A stretch of 64,000 nucleotides of DNA from Felis catus. Its lineage: Eukaryota. Positions within the stretch are counted from its first letter, which is position 1. Each line of letters starts with the position of its first letter. The position numbers and the translations under genes were made by a program. Of this stretch, positions 12,884 through 25,895 are shown piece by piece. The DNA is taken from positions 10,788,001-10,852,000 of the forward strand of contig NC_058368.1 of NCBI RefSeq assembly GCF_018350175.1. Direction: 5' to 3'. Below the pieces are notes generated by a model, which saw nothing but the letters and a program-made list of their open reading frames with translations, searched no databases and was not told where the DNA came from.

Positions 12884-15455
12884 AATGGATGCAAAAATCC
12901 TCAGTCAGATACTAGCCAACCAGATTCAACGATACATTAAAAGAATTATTCACCACGCCAAAGTGGGATTTATACCTGGGATGCAGGGCTGGTTCAATAT
13001 CCACAAATCAATCAGTGTGATACATCACATCAATAAAAGAAAGGACAAGAACCACTTGATCCTCTCAATACATGCAGAGAAAGCATTTGACAAAATACAG
13101 CATCCTTTCTTGATAAAACCCTCAAGAAAGTAGGGATAGAAGGATCATACCTCAAGATCATAAAAGCCCTATATGAAAGACCCAATGCTAATATCATCAT
13201 TCAAGAAAGTAGGGATAGAAGGATCATACCTCAAGATCATAAAAGCCATATATGAAAGACCCAATGCTGATATCATCCTCAATGGGGAAAAACTGAGAGC
13301 TTTTACCCTAAGGTCAGGAAGAAGACAGGAATGTCCACTCTCACCACTGTTACTCAACATAGTACTGGAAGTCCTAGCCTCAGCAATCAGACATTCAAAG
13401 AAATACAAGGCATCCAAAATGGCAAGAAGGAAGTCAAACATTCACTCTTCGCAGAAGACATGATACTCTATATGGAAAACCTTAAAGATTCCACCAAAAA
13501 ACTGCTAGAACTGATCCATGGATTCGGCAAAGTCACAGGATATAAAATCAATGCACAGAAATCAGTTGCATTTCTATATACCAATAATGAAGCAATAGAA
13601 AGAGAAATCAAGGAATTGAACCCATTTACAATTGCATCAAAACCCATAAAATACCTAAAAATAAACCTAATAAAGAGGGGGAAAACATCTATATACTGAA
13701 AACTATAGAAAGCTTATGAAAGAAATTGAAGAAGACACACAAAAAAGGAAAAATATTCCATGCTCATGGATTGGAAGAACAAATATTGTTAAAATGTTGA
13801 TACTACCCAAAGCAATGTACATAGTCAATGCAATCACTATCAAAAAAAACACCGTCATTCTTCATAGAGCTGGAACAAACAATCCTAAAATTTGTATGGC
13901 ACCAGAAAAAAACCCGAATAGCCAAAGCAATCCTGAAAAAGAACATCAAAGCTGGAGTCATCACAATCCCGGACTTCAAGATGTATTACAAAGCTATAAT
14001 CATCAAGACAGTTTGGTACTGGCACAAAAACAGACACTTAGATCAATGGAACCCAATAAAGAACCCAGAAATGGACCCACAAATGTACGGCAAACTAATC
14101 TTTGACAAAGCAGGAAAGAATATCCAATGGAATAAAGACAGTCTCTTGAGCAAATGGTGTTGGGAAAACTGGACAGCGACATGCAGAAGAATGAACCTGG
14201 ACTTCTTTCTTACACCATACACAAAAATAAACTCAAAATGGATGTAAGACCTAAACATAAGACAGGAAGCCATCAAAATCCTAAAGGAGAGAATCAGGTG
14301 AAACCCTCTTTGACCTTGGCCACAGCAACTTCTTACTCAACACATCTCTTGAGGCAAGCAAAAATGAATTCCTGGAACCTCATCAAGATAAAAAGCTTTT
14401 GCACAGTGAATGAAACAATCAGCAAAACTGAAAGGCAAGCGACAGAACAGGAGAATATATTTGCAAATGACCTATCAGATAAAGGGTTAGTATCTAAACT
14501 TTATAAAGAACTTATACCCAAACTCAACACCCAAAAAACAAATAATCCAGTGAATAAATGGGCAAAAGACATGAATAGACACTTCTCCAAAGAAGACATC
14601 CAGATGGTTAAAAGACACATGAAAACATGCTCACCATCACTCATCATCAGGGAAATACAAATTAAAACCACAATGATATACCACCTCACACCAGTCAGAA
14701 TGGCTAAAATGAACAACTCAGGAAACAACAGATGTTGGTGAGGATGCAGAGAAAGAGGCTCTCTTTTACACTGCTGGTGGGAATGCAAACTGGTGCAGCC
14801 ACTCTGGAAAACAGTATGGAGGTTCCTCAAAAAGTTAAAAATAGAACTACCCTACAACCCAACAATTGCACTATTAGGTATTTATCCAAGGGATACAGGT
14901 GTGCTGTTTCGAAAGAGCACATGCACCCCAATATTTATAGCAGCTCTATCAACAACAGCCAAAGTATAGAAAGAGCCCAAATGTCCACCGACAGATGAAT
15001 GGATAAAGAAGATGTAGTATATACAATGGAGTATTACTTAGCAATCAAAAAGAATGAAATCTTGTCATTTGCCACAACGTGGATGAACTAGAGGGTATTA
15101 TGCTAAGCAAAATTAGTCAGAGAAAGACAAATATACTACTTCACTCGTATGTGGAATTTAAGACACAAAACATATGAACATAAGGGAAGGGAAGCAAAAA
15201 TAAGATAAAAATAGAGTGTGGTACAAAACATAAGAGACTCTTAAATACAGAGAACAAACTAAGGGTTGCTGGAGAGGTTGTGGGTGGGAGGATGAGCTAA
15301 ATGGGTAAGGGGTACTTAGGAAGACACTTGTTGGGATGAGTGCTGGGTGTTATACACGGGGGATGAATCACTGGAATCTACTCCTGAAATCATTATTGCA
15401 CTATATGCTAACTTGGATGTAAATTTTAAAAAATAATTAACTAATTTTTAAAAAA
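12884..15455 (+). mobile_element. 5'-truncated carnivore L1 (RT to 3' UTR), inactive
   Basis: ORF2 fragments [50 protein letters not shown] and the C-terminal CCHC region; frameshifts and stops; A-rich tail; tgacagaaa at 12866 and 15456 as probable TSD. Confidence 0.97.
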
Positions 15456-15539
15456 TGACAGAAAATAATAAATTGTTGCCTTAAGCCATTAGGGTCTGGG
15501 ATTATTTGTTACTTATAAATGGATAACTGATAGACCCAA

Positions 15540-16360
15540 GAATGAAGGCAAATCCTTCCCAGGGAACAGCACTAGACCCTAATCAAGAAGGACCTCCCAT
15601 TTTCCTGCTTTTGAATGGGAGTGTCTATTGCATGTCTATTTTATACTGAGGCAGGTATGTTGTCTCTTTAGCTTTCAGGTCTTCAAAGCAAAAGGGAATA
15701 TATTGGAGGAACTTTACCTGAAAACTCTCATCTATATCTAGACCTGACTCAGAAAATGAGATCCTGGACTCCAAGCCACTGCCATAATGCAACAAGAGTC
15801 TGAGGGCTCTTATGGTTGGAATCTACTGTATTTGTGGCCAGGGGGCAGGTTGTGTGGCACATTAATGATGGCTGCACATTCTTAACTCTCTTCCTGTAGA
15901 AAAGTGAGATTGGTTTCCCCACTCTTAGAATTAGGGCTGGTCTGTGACTACTTTTACCAATGGGAGTACGGCAGAGTGATGACCATTCTGGGCCTGACCT
16001 CAAAGAGGATCAGCTGTTTCTGCCTGGCCTCCCAGAGCCCTGCCCTAGACCTGACCTGTAAGAAGTACATCACCCATGTGGAGAGGTCATGAGACCACAA
16101 GAGGAGGGAAACAGCCCAGCTGAGTTCAGCCCTCCAGGTGGCCATCAAGGCCACCAGGCATTTTAAGAGTTCAGGTGAATCCTTCAGACCAGACCAGCCA
16201 CCAGTTAACTACCATAGAGTTACCCTTGTAGATGTAACATGGAGCAGAAGATTGTCCCAGCCCAGCTTCGCCCAAGAGATCCATCAAATAGTAAGATATA
16301 AAATAGTTGTTTTAAGCCACAAATTTGGAGAGAAGTTTTTGCTGTAACAATAGATACCCC
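15540..16360 (+). mobile_element. MaLR internal 3' fragment plus LTR (MLT1G/H-like; LTR ~15851-16360)
   Basis: 'atgagatcctggact', PPT-like 'ggccagggggcagg', then TGTG.. LTR ending 'ttttaagccac...aacaatagata'. Confidence 0.65.
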
Positions 16361-17015
16361 AAATGATTTACATTTGTTCTATTTTTGCTAGCTTCCACTT
16401 TATGGCCCTCCCACACCCCAAGAGGGTAAAATTCTGCTTACTCTGGACTTCTTAAATCTCTCCTCAGATGATTTAATACTTTCAATGGTAACCTCTCTAT
16501 TTTACTGCACACAAACAGCATTAAGAAGACCCTAGGTGGATCCCTACTCAATATTCTCTCCCGACTTCTACAATCCTGGCCATACTAGTTTTTCCCAAAG
16601 GCTAAAGAATTTAACTTGGCTGCCTGATTGAAAATACATTATGGTAAACTAGCATTTTTCATTTAAAAGGCAAGAACACACACTGTAAACAAAGAATTAT
16701 TTCACTCCAAAGAATGCTCTTCTAAGTTGGCCATGTGGCCAAAGACTTTTTTTCTTCCTGTGGAATCACTGTGGCTTGGTGTGACACGGAATGATTATAT
16801 TTAGAAAGCACTTACTTTAGACAAGTTTGTCAAATTTGTTCAGTTGTGTACCATATGCTTTTCATTTTGCAATAATCTATTATGAGATTTCTATGTTCCC
16901 TGATTTTCTAGGTAGTCTTTTCTGAATGACAGCATGTTAAAAATTGCAGGAACTATCTTTACTGACTTATAAAGGTTTTTGACTTGTTTTAAATATTGGC
17001 CTCCTGGTGTTTCTT

Positions 17016-17231
17016 TCTTTCTTTTTTTACATTTTTTAATGTTTATTTTTGAAGGAGAGACAGAATGTGAGCAAGGAGGAGCAGAGAGAAAGGGAGACAT
17101 AGAATCCAAAGCAGGCTCCAGGCTCTGAGCTGTCAGCACAGAACCTGATGTGGGGCTCAAACTCACAAACTGTGAGATCATGACCTGAGCTGAAGTCAGA
17201 CCACTTAACCGATTGAGCCACCTAGGTGCCC
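17016..17231 (-). mobile_element. CAN-SINE
   Basis: Antisense SINE; TSD tggcctcctggt(g/a)tttctt at 16997-17015 and 17232-17250. Confidence 0.95.
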
Positions 17232-17261
17232 TGGCCTCCTGGTATTTCTTAGTCTTTCCCT

Positions 17262-17454
17262 GGGACACCTGGTGGCTCAGTCGGTTAAGTGTCTGACTCT
17301 TGATTTCAGCTCAGGTCATGATCTTGAGGTTCCTGGGACCAAGCACAGAGCCTGCTTGGAATTCTCTTTCTCTCCCTCTCTCTTTGCCCCTTCCCCATTT
17401 GTTCCCTCTCCCACCTCTTTCTCTCAGAATAAATAAACTTAATAAAAAAAAAAA
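17262..17454 (+). mobile_element. CAN-SINE
   Basis: tRNA-like head, CT tract, aataaataaac + A tail. Confidence 0.93.
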
Positions 17455-17855
17455 CTTTTGCTGTATATATTATTACCAATATGTATACTGGCTTTTCCTT
17501 CAGAATTGTGTCCTTATGTTTTTAGGCTCCACCTATTATTAAAAGCATTAAATACATATTTGTGAGTAAATTCCCAGGCTTCTCCCATCTATACTGAATC
17601 CTCATCTTTTTTAATAGGTTTTACTGGTGACTCAGATGCAGCTGGGCCAGGACAAACTTGGAAGAGAAGGAACGGCCTTATTCCTACTTTCATATTTCTA
17701 CTAGGGGTTTGACATAAGAGTTCTGGTTTGGGGAGAGAAGGTTTAGGAGTAAGGACAGGCTAAACAGAGAGCCCTCCGACCAGCCAACCAGACAGCAGGA
17801 TCTGATTTATAAAATTAGTGCTACTAACAAGGATCTGAAAATGCCCTTAATAATG

Positions 17856-18024
17856 TAATACTTCTCAACACAATGTGCACAGTGGAATCACCAGGGAAAG
17901 TTTTAAAGGTCTCAATACCTAGGATATACCCAAGACCCACTAAATCAGAATCCCCAAGTAGGATATCAGTATTTTTTAAGTGTCCTCAGGAAATTTTAAT
18001 AAGCAGTCAAAATTGAGAACTACC
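17856..18024. mobile_element. MER5-type hAT-Charlie element
   Basis: 'ttctcaa...gaatcaccaggga...aaatcagaatc...ttgagaactac'. Confidence 0.7.
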
Positions 18025-18720
18025 TGAATGTCAATCTTAAGGAACTAAAACATCTGCCCTCAATTTTGGGAATTGGTAGCAAAAATGACTTGGCACTCAA
18101 GAGTGCATAGTATGAACTGACTTCTGAAGAACACAGATATTAATATGAACAATGACCAAAAGGACAAAGTGGCTAGTGTGCTTGGGGGGGGGGGGCGACA
18201 TCTCAGATGGCCCTGTGGCTCCAGGAATTATCACAGAATTTAATGACTTGAAGGGATCCGTAGGCTTTAATGCTGTAACTGGCTGTTTTTACAGATAAGA
18301 AAAACGAAGTAAGTGGTTCAGGCAGGATGAGGACCTGGGTCTCTTTATTCTTAGGCCAGTGACTTTTCCACTGGCCTCAGTTCATAGCAGCTCAGCGCTC
18401 ACTTTGGGAGCTTATGGAGGTCACATGTTCCTTAAACCCAGAATGACTAGATTTAATTTGCCAAACTCACTCCCAGAGAAAAAATTTGATACAGAGATAA
18501 TATGTGTCAGTATTTTATTCACATCTCTAGGTTTTTTTTTTTTTCCAGGTAGAAAGTACTTACTTCTTTGCTAATGATGAATACTCCCTCTGTCCTTAGT
18601 TTGTATCCATTCCAGAGTATCAAGAACTAGATTATATCTCATTTGGCCATTGAAATCATCCATTACAATTTAGGAGTGATTTCCCTTTTTCCTCATCTTT
18701 TATAAAATATACATCTCTCA

Positions 18721-18905
18721 GGGTGCCTGGGTGGCTCAGTAGGTTAAGTGTCTGACTCTTGATTTCAGCCCAGGTCATGATCTCGTGGTTCATGGAACCG
18801 AACACAGAGGCTGCTTGGGATTCTCTCTCCCCCTCTCTCTGTCCCTCCTGTGCTCGAGCATGTGCACTCTCTCTCCTTATCTCAAAACAGATAAACTTAA
18901 AAAAA
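18721..18905 (+). mobile_element. CAN-SINE
   Basis: GGGTGCCTGGGTGGCTCAG head; TSD atatacatct(c/t)tca on both sides. Confidence 0.95.
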
Positions 18906-20036
18906 TATATATACATCTTTCACTTTTTTGAACTTCATCATTTGCTTCCCAACAATACCTATTTGCCCACATGTATACATACTTTTTCTTCCAATAAATT
19001 ATTAGTATCTCAAAATCTCACATCAAGTTGTTACTCAATGTAGGCTTCCGTATTTGTTGGATTCTAACGTTCAACCCTTTTTATACTTCCACTGTCATAT
19101 TTTGTTGCAATGCGAGGGAAGAGAAAGATTTTACATTTATATAACAAAACTTGATCTCTAACTTAATGGATTTTTCACTGCTTTCTGAACCAACCGGGAT
19201 GTTTCAGCTTCTTTTAAAAAGCATAGGTTTCAAGAGGGCTCTCATATTAAGCTGCTGTCCATGATGAGATGGCTCTGTCATCCCAATCGTTCACTGGCCA
19301 CCCAAAATCTTTCTACCTGACATCTTTCCTCCTTGAAAAACCACCTGGATATCACTATTATGTCAACTATAGTGAAGCATTGTCTCAGCAATTTGTTTCT
19401 ACTGTATAGCTTTGTGTACTGTTCTGGGGGGCTATGGATAAAGTGACCATATCTCCCCAGTGAAAAGTCAGCCCAGGTTAACAGAAGACTAGCATGTTGA
19501 TACTTAGGGCTGCCATAGGAAATCACATAGGAGTGATTTCCCTTTTTCCTCCTCTCTTATAAAATATAAATCTCTCAGGGTGCCTGTGTGGCTCAGTAGG
19601 TTAAGTGTCTGACTCTTGATTTCAGCCCAGGTCATGAAATCATGGGATTTCTTTCCCACACCCCCAGTCCCTCAAGAGGATTAAAAATAACATGATATCT
19701 CATAAACACACCATCGTAATCCCTGAGACCCATATACCAGTTGAAAGACCAAACCCTATGGCTCAAAATACCTCTTTTGAAATGTGTTTTTCTTGTCAAA
19801 ATTTATCTTGAAAAGGAATACTTCCTTAATTTCAGTTTCTTAAATTATCCTAGTTGCTTTAGAGTCTATTAATAATCTTCAATTTCATAACTCCAAATTT
19901 TAGACTGAGTGGAAGTGAATTCTTTTAAAACAAATATTAACAATCATAATATCAATATTATATATGTTATATATTTTTATGTATATACTAAGTTGTGAAA
20001 AATAAAAATGAGCCACCATGTTCATTAACCTTCAGG

Positions 20037-20222
20037 CAGTGTTGTGCTATTAAAGCTTTAATGACAGGCTTGCCAAATAAAAGTCCTGATTTGTAGAATC
20101 TGCCAGTTTCTCTGGTGCAAATACTCCTATTTGATTTCAAATAAACATTGACGTCACTAAACACAGAGTTGGGAAAAGATGTGTAGAATTGATAATTGTG
20201 TGCCAGCTGAGGTAAATCACTG
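20037..20222 (+). mobile_element. MER63A-like hAT-Blackjack element
   Basis: CAGTG...CACTG termini; 'cctgatttgtag', 'aaatactcc', 'tgacgtcact', 'gagttgggaa'. Confidence 0.8.
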
Positions 20223-20320
20223 CAGTCCACATCTAATTTTTTCCTACATCTTCCTATTAGAGAGATTTTTCTTCATTATGTGGTTATCAAATCAGTAGCA
20301 AATAATTTTAGAGATCAATG

Positions 20321-22310
20321 TGGCTATTTGGAGTCCTTTGTGGTTCCATATGAATTTTGGAATTGATGTTTCAATTTCTATAAAACAAAATGTCATTGGG
20401 ATTTTAATGAGGATCATGATAAATCTAGATTGTTTTGGGTAGTATGGACATTTTAACAATATTGTCTTTCAATCCATGAACATGGGGATATCTTCCCATT
20501 TGTTTGTATTTTCTTTAATTTCCTTCATCAGTGTTTTATACTTTTCAGTGTATAAACCTTTACCTCCTTAGTTAAGTATATTCCTAAGTATTTTATTCTT
20601 TTTGATGCCACTGTAAATGAGAGTGTTTTCCTAATTTCCTTTTCAGGCAGGTTGTTGTTAGCATACAGAAACATAACTAATTTCTGTAGGTTGATTTTTT
20701 ATCCTGCAATTTTACTGAGTTTGTTTACTTTAAGTTGTTTTGTGGAGTCTTTAGAGTTTTTTACATATGAGATTATGTCATCTGTAAACAGGGACAAGTT
20801 TTCTCACCTAATTGCTCTGGCTAGGATTTCTAGTTCTGTGTTAAATAAAAGTGTGTGGCATCATTCCTTCATTCATGATATTAGAGGAAAAGCTTTCATA
20901 TGGAACAACCAAACAGTCTTGAGAAAAAGAAAAAAAGCTGGAAGCATCGCACCTCCTGATTTCAAACTATGTTACAAGGCTACAGCAATACAAACAGTAT
21001 GGCATAAAGACAGACAGACCAGTGGAACAGAATACAAAGCCAGAAATAAATCTACATGTATCCGGTCAACTGATCTTCAACAAGGGTGCCAAGACTTCAC
21101 AATGAGGAAAGGATAGTTACTTCAACAAATTGTACTGGGAAAACTGGATACCCACATGCAGAAGAATAAAACCAGACCCTTATCTTATATCATATACAAA
21201 AACCAACTGAGGGGCGCCTGGGTGGCGCAGTTGGTTAAGCGTCCGACTTCAGCCAGGTCACGATCTCGCGGTCCGTGAGTTCGAGCCCCGCGTCAGGCTC
21301 TGGGCTGATGGCTCGGAGCCTGGAGCCTGTTTCCGATTCTGTGTCTCCCTCTCTCTCTGCCCCTCCCCCTGTCCATGCTCTGTCTCTCTCTGTCCCAAAA
21401 ATAAATGAAAACGTTGAAAAAAAAATTAAAAAAAAAAACTAACTGAAAATGGAGTAAATACTTAAACATAAGACCTGAACCCATAAAACTCCTAGAAGAA
21501 AACTAGGGTAAAAGCTTCAGTCTTGGCAATGATTTCATGGATATGACACCAAAAGCACAGGTAACAAAAATACAAATAGACAAGTGGGACTACAGCAAAT
21601 GAAACAATAGCATGAAAAGGCAATCTATATTCCATAGAAAGGAAGAAAACATTTGCCAACTATGTATCTGATGAAGGATTAATCTCTACACTATATCATG
21701 AACTCCTATAACCCAATAGCAAAATAACCAATGACCCAATTAAAAAAAGGGCTAAGGACTTGACTGACACTTGTCCAAAGATCTATAAATGGCCAAAAAA
21801 GTATTCTGGCCAAGTATTCTTGGCCAAAAGTAAATGGCCAAGATGTGGAAACAACTTAAATGTCCATCAATGGATGAATCGATTAAAAAATGTGACATAC
21901 ACACACATATACACACACACATAAGGGCTGAATGAAATATTATTCAGCCCTTAAAAGGAAGGAAATCCTTCAATATGTGACAACATGAATGAAATTTGAG
22001 GTCATTATGCTAAGTGAAATAAGATACTCACAGAAGGAACATGGCATGATTCCACCTATATGATGTATCTAATATAGTCAAACTCATAGGAACAGAGAGT
22101 AAAATGGTGAATGCTAAGGGCTGGGGAAAGGCAGGGAGGGGGATTGCTAATCAATGTGTATAAAACGTTAGTTATGTAAGATGAATAAATTCCAGGGAAC
22201 TTCCATATAACACTGTGCCTACATTTAATGGCATCATAAACTTAAAAATCTGTTAAGGTGGTAGATCTCATGTTAAATATTCTTAACACAACTATAATAA
22301 TTAAAAAGAG
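20321..22310 (+). mobile_element. Old L1 (L1MB1/2-like) with 5' inversion (20321-~20898 antisense, remainder sense)
   Basis: Antisense ORF2 ('tggttccatatgaatttt'...'ttagaggaaaagctttca') joined to sense ORF2 ('AGSIAPPDFKLCYKA'); L1MB-type 3' UTR 'gtagatctcatgttaa'. Confidence 0.9.
21211..21433 (+). mobile_element. Young felid CAN-SINE inside L1
   Basis: Near-identical to the SINE at 279; TSD aaaaac(c/t)aactga at 21198-21210 and 21434-21446. Confidence 0.97.
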
Positions 22311-23059
22311 AAAGAAAATAGATTTAGGTCATATAGTTTTGTTCTGGCTCCATATTTACAAATCGTGAAACTTGAGCTAATTTCTTAGTTTCTTAAAGAT
22401 TCCCTTTCCCTAAGAAGATGCTATGAAGATTAAATAAAATTAGATTATCTTTTAATAGTACTTAAGCAATACGTAAAAAATAATAAGAAACTCGGGAATG
22501 AACTGGTAGAAAAAGAATCCAAATATGGTTAAAACCAAAATTATTCCTTGAAACAAATAGGTCTTTTTTTTTTGCTTTAAAATAAGTTTTTGGAATTGCT
22601 CTCTATATAGAATTTCTTTTTCCATCCTATGGGTTTGGTTTTTCTCATTCAGTTTTTTTGTATTCATAAAGCTAAAGAACCTCACAAGTAGTGTTGTATA
22701 GGTGGGTATTTGGACTGGGGGACCCACCTAATTGTTTTTCTGGTGTCAAGAATAGAAATGCCTGGTGACAAGAGTGGGCCCCTCAGGGGAATCAATCATC
22801 ACAAAACTTATTTCTGTTGGGAGTGTGCAACATGTTAACCCTCACCCTTCTATTTTTGACCCTACAAGTATTCTCTTCTTACTTTCCCTTGTCCATAGAT
22901 TTAAAAATCTACTTTCATAATTTTTGTTTGAAAAATAAAACATGTACATAGGGTATGATATGGGTTTGAATATGATTTGGTGCTCAAGAAAAGAGAAATA
23001 TTTTTCCTCTTTTCCTCTACAGAAAATTTCAGTATCTCAGATTCAAATATTTGCTCTTT

Positions 23060-23240
23060 CACGTAGAACTTTCCCAGTTACAAGGGTCAGAAACTCAATC
23101 CGAAATGGCTTAAATCCAAAATGGCACCATTGGCTCACATCACTAGGAAATCCATTCTGTGACTTAAGGAACAGCTTGATGGACGTGTTCAAAAGATGCC
23201 GTTGAGACACGGCCTCCCTGCCTCCCCCCACCACACACAC

Positions 23241-23295
<55 letters not shown>

Positions 23296-23640
23296 CATTT
23301 CTCAGCTCTATTTGCCTCTGCTTCTCTTCACCCAAGTGGAAGCCAGGCTTCTTGACTATGTAAAAAAAAAAAGTCTTGGCAGCTCAATAGTCTTTGGAGG
23401 TAATAATCTCAGAAAACAAGAGAGATCCCCCATCCAAGCACCTTAATCAATCCCAGAATTAGCCCTATTGGATCAGACATCCAGCCACCCCTACGGGGGA
23501 AATCACAATGTCCATGGAGATAGAGTATTCTATTGACCAGTCTGAGTCATGTGTGTATGCTGACCTGGGCATAGGAAGGTAGGACCCCTTTACAGAGCCC
23601 TCTAGAGTCACCTGGAATAAAGAAACGGCAGCTCTCCCTA
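23060..23640 (-). mobile_element. Ancient MaLR LTR (MLT1K/L-like) containing a (CT)n tract
   Basis: 'agttacaagggtcagaaactcaatccgaaatggcttaa...attggctcacatcact' matches the antisense MLT1 3' end. Confidence 0.55.
23245..23288. repeat. (CT)22 microsatellite
   Basis: Directly visible. Confidence 0.97.
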
Positions 23641-25582
23641 TGCAACAAGAGCAAGGATAACAAAAAGAAAGGCATGATATGCACCGGAGTCACCTAGCCT
23701 AGGTACTCTGCAACCTGGTGGTCATCTAGTCCATGCTCAAACATATCCAGAGTTAAAGAACTCTGTTATATGCTACTGATACTACTACTTATACAAATAT
23801 TAATGGCAATCATTTACTGAATCTTTAGAAGCTGGCTGGCATTGGGTGGACATAGTCCTACAGCAGGAACTCCACATGGCATCCTCAAGCTGTTGTGCCC
23901 AAAGCCAGCAGCTCCCACTACCACATGCCTCAGAAGAATGGGGGTTCTGGACAGAGTCTGTTTCTCACCTGGCTCACTTCCAAAAGAATCCCTGCACAAG
24001 GCACCTGATTGTTAGACCCAGTTCCAATGTTCACATCCTAGTGGCAAGACAGCCTGGGCTTCTGAGTTTGGATGTGTGCACTAGAAAACAAAACAAAGAT
24101 GATGGGAACCAGGAATGACAAGCATCCACTTGTCCCTCTAAGATCTGTATACATTCTTCTTACATGCTTAAACTTTCAAACGTCAACAGTCAGTCTTCCT
24201 TAACATCATGAAAGTGAACAAATCAAAATTCGCTCATCCTGTTTCAAAAGGAAATGATCCAAGAGTCTCTCACTGCATCCAGCTCCAAATTTAGGAATCC
24301 TGGGCCAAATCCATTTCTCACCCAGTTTTCTCACAACTCCATACTGGTACTCTGAAGCCTGTGAACTAAGTTTGTAAAGTTCACCACCATAACACATCCT
24401 ATATATATCAGCAAAATGGAAGAGGTAAAAATAAAGACATTATCATTATATGATACAAGAAGGGAATATGGCCTATGTCATCATCCTCATTTCAGCAACT
24501 GGTTGCTAACAAGTAGTTTTATCACTTTACCAGCTCTTTCTACCGTGGCCAGGCCCCAACCTGTCTGTTGGGAGTCCTTTGCCTAGTGGATGGCTCCAAA
24601 CCTTATTCCTGAGGCATCTAGATCCTTGGCAGTCTCCCTTCTGTATGAGATGCCACATTTTCTTTGCAAAAATTGGGGTATTTCTCTATCTCTGTTAACT
24701 AACTAGATAAATCCGTAATCTATAAACCTATAAACACAAAATAACAAAGTGGAACAGGACAATAATTACTCTACACCCCGCCTACATCAGATGAAATCAG
24801 AAGATCTGACTGAGGGCAAAAGTTTAAGTCACAGAAGGAAGATACTCTATCTACGGTTACCTGGGTCTGTTTTTGGGTTCTCATTCATCTGGTTTCTTGG
24901 AAGTCCTCCAGCCATCTCTTCATCTTCGTCAATTATTAACACATAAACTATTTACATGTTTACATCTCTTTGAGACAAATCAATTTTGGGGGGTAAATTT
25001 CTTTTTTGAAGTAAATTTGTACAAACCCCTGAATACCACAAAAATAAAAGTTTTGGGGTCATCTTTCTACCTTTATTATGTGCTTAAACTAAGTTTTCCA
25101 AAAATCTGCTAAGGGAGAAATTACTATCTGGGAACTTCTTGGAGGCTGTGTCTATTCTACCTTTACCTGCGTCCACAGACCCAATCAGGAACAATTTGGT
25201 CACAAAAGTATACTTCTTATCAATAGAGGATGAAGGTATCAATTATATATCATCAAATATATACTCACATGTATACTATCATATAACAAAAATATTAAAT
25301 ATATATGTGCTATGAGAAACCTCAGAATAAAAAAGAAATGGACATGCATGTGATAATCTAACCAGACTCATTTCTTAACCATTGAAACCATTTTACTATT
25401 TTGACCGGGTGCAGTGAATTTCAACAGAACCAAAAATATAGGAATGTGGCGCTAGTTAATTCCAACTTAAAGGTTTACTCTATTTTATAACTCTATTATC
25501 TAGGAAATCTGTATGTTTCAACAATTATTTTCAGAAAAAGGAAATGTGAGTGCAGTATTATAACTGAAAACTGAAAGTAATG

Positions 25583-25895
25583 TAGATTCGCAATCCCTCT
25601 TCTGATGCCCTTGGAGTCATAGGCGCTTCAGTATTCAGAATTCTGCTGCATGGCTCTAAGGCAGCATCAGTAATTAAATACGCTAACATTTCCATATAGC
25701 AGTGTATGAATATTTACATAAAGCATCGTGAATGAAGACTTACTGTAGCCTCATGTCAAGTAAGGTCAAGTGTTGCGGCCAAGTGAGTTCAGGTCAGATA
25801 AGGTTTTGCAGTCAAATGAATTACACAAAAGATTTTCAATTTTCAGAGCCTATTTTACATTCTGGAAATGTAGGCAAGAGACCGAGAACCTATAC
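25583..25895 (-). mobile_element. Ancient Tigger-type relic (Tigger15a/MamRep434-like)
   Basis: 'agttcaggtcag..aggttttgc..caaatgaatta...ttttcagagc' and a 'caatccct' terminus. Confidence 0.55.

Noticed and set aside
12885..14998. Reverse-transcriptase ORFs as an active L1
   Set aside because: 5'-truncated and fragmented by frameshifts and stops; the catalytic motif reads FAED.
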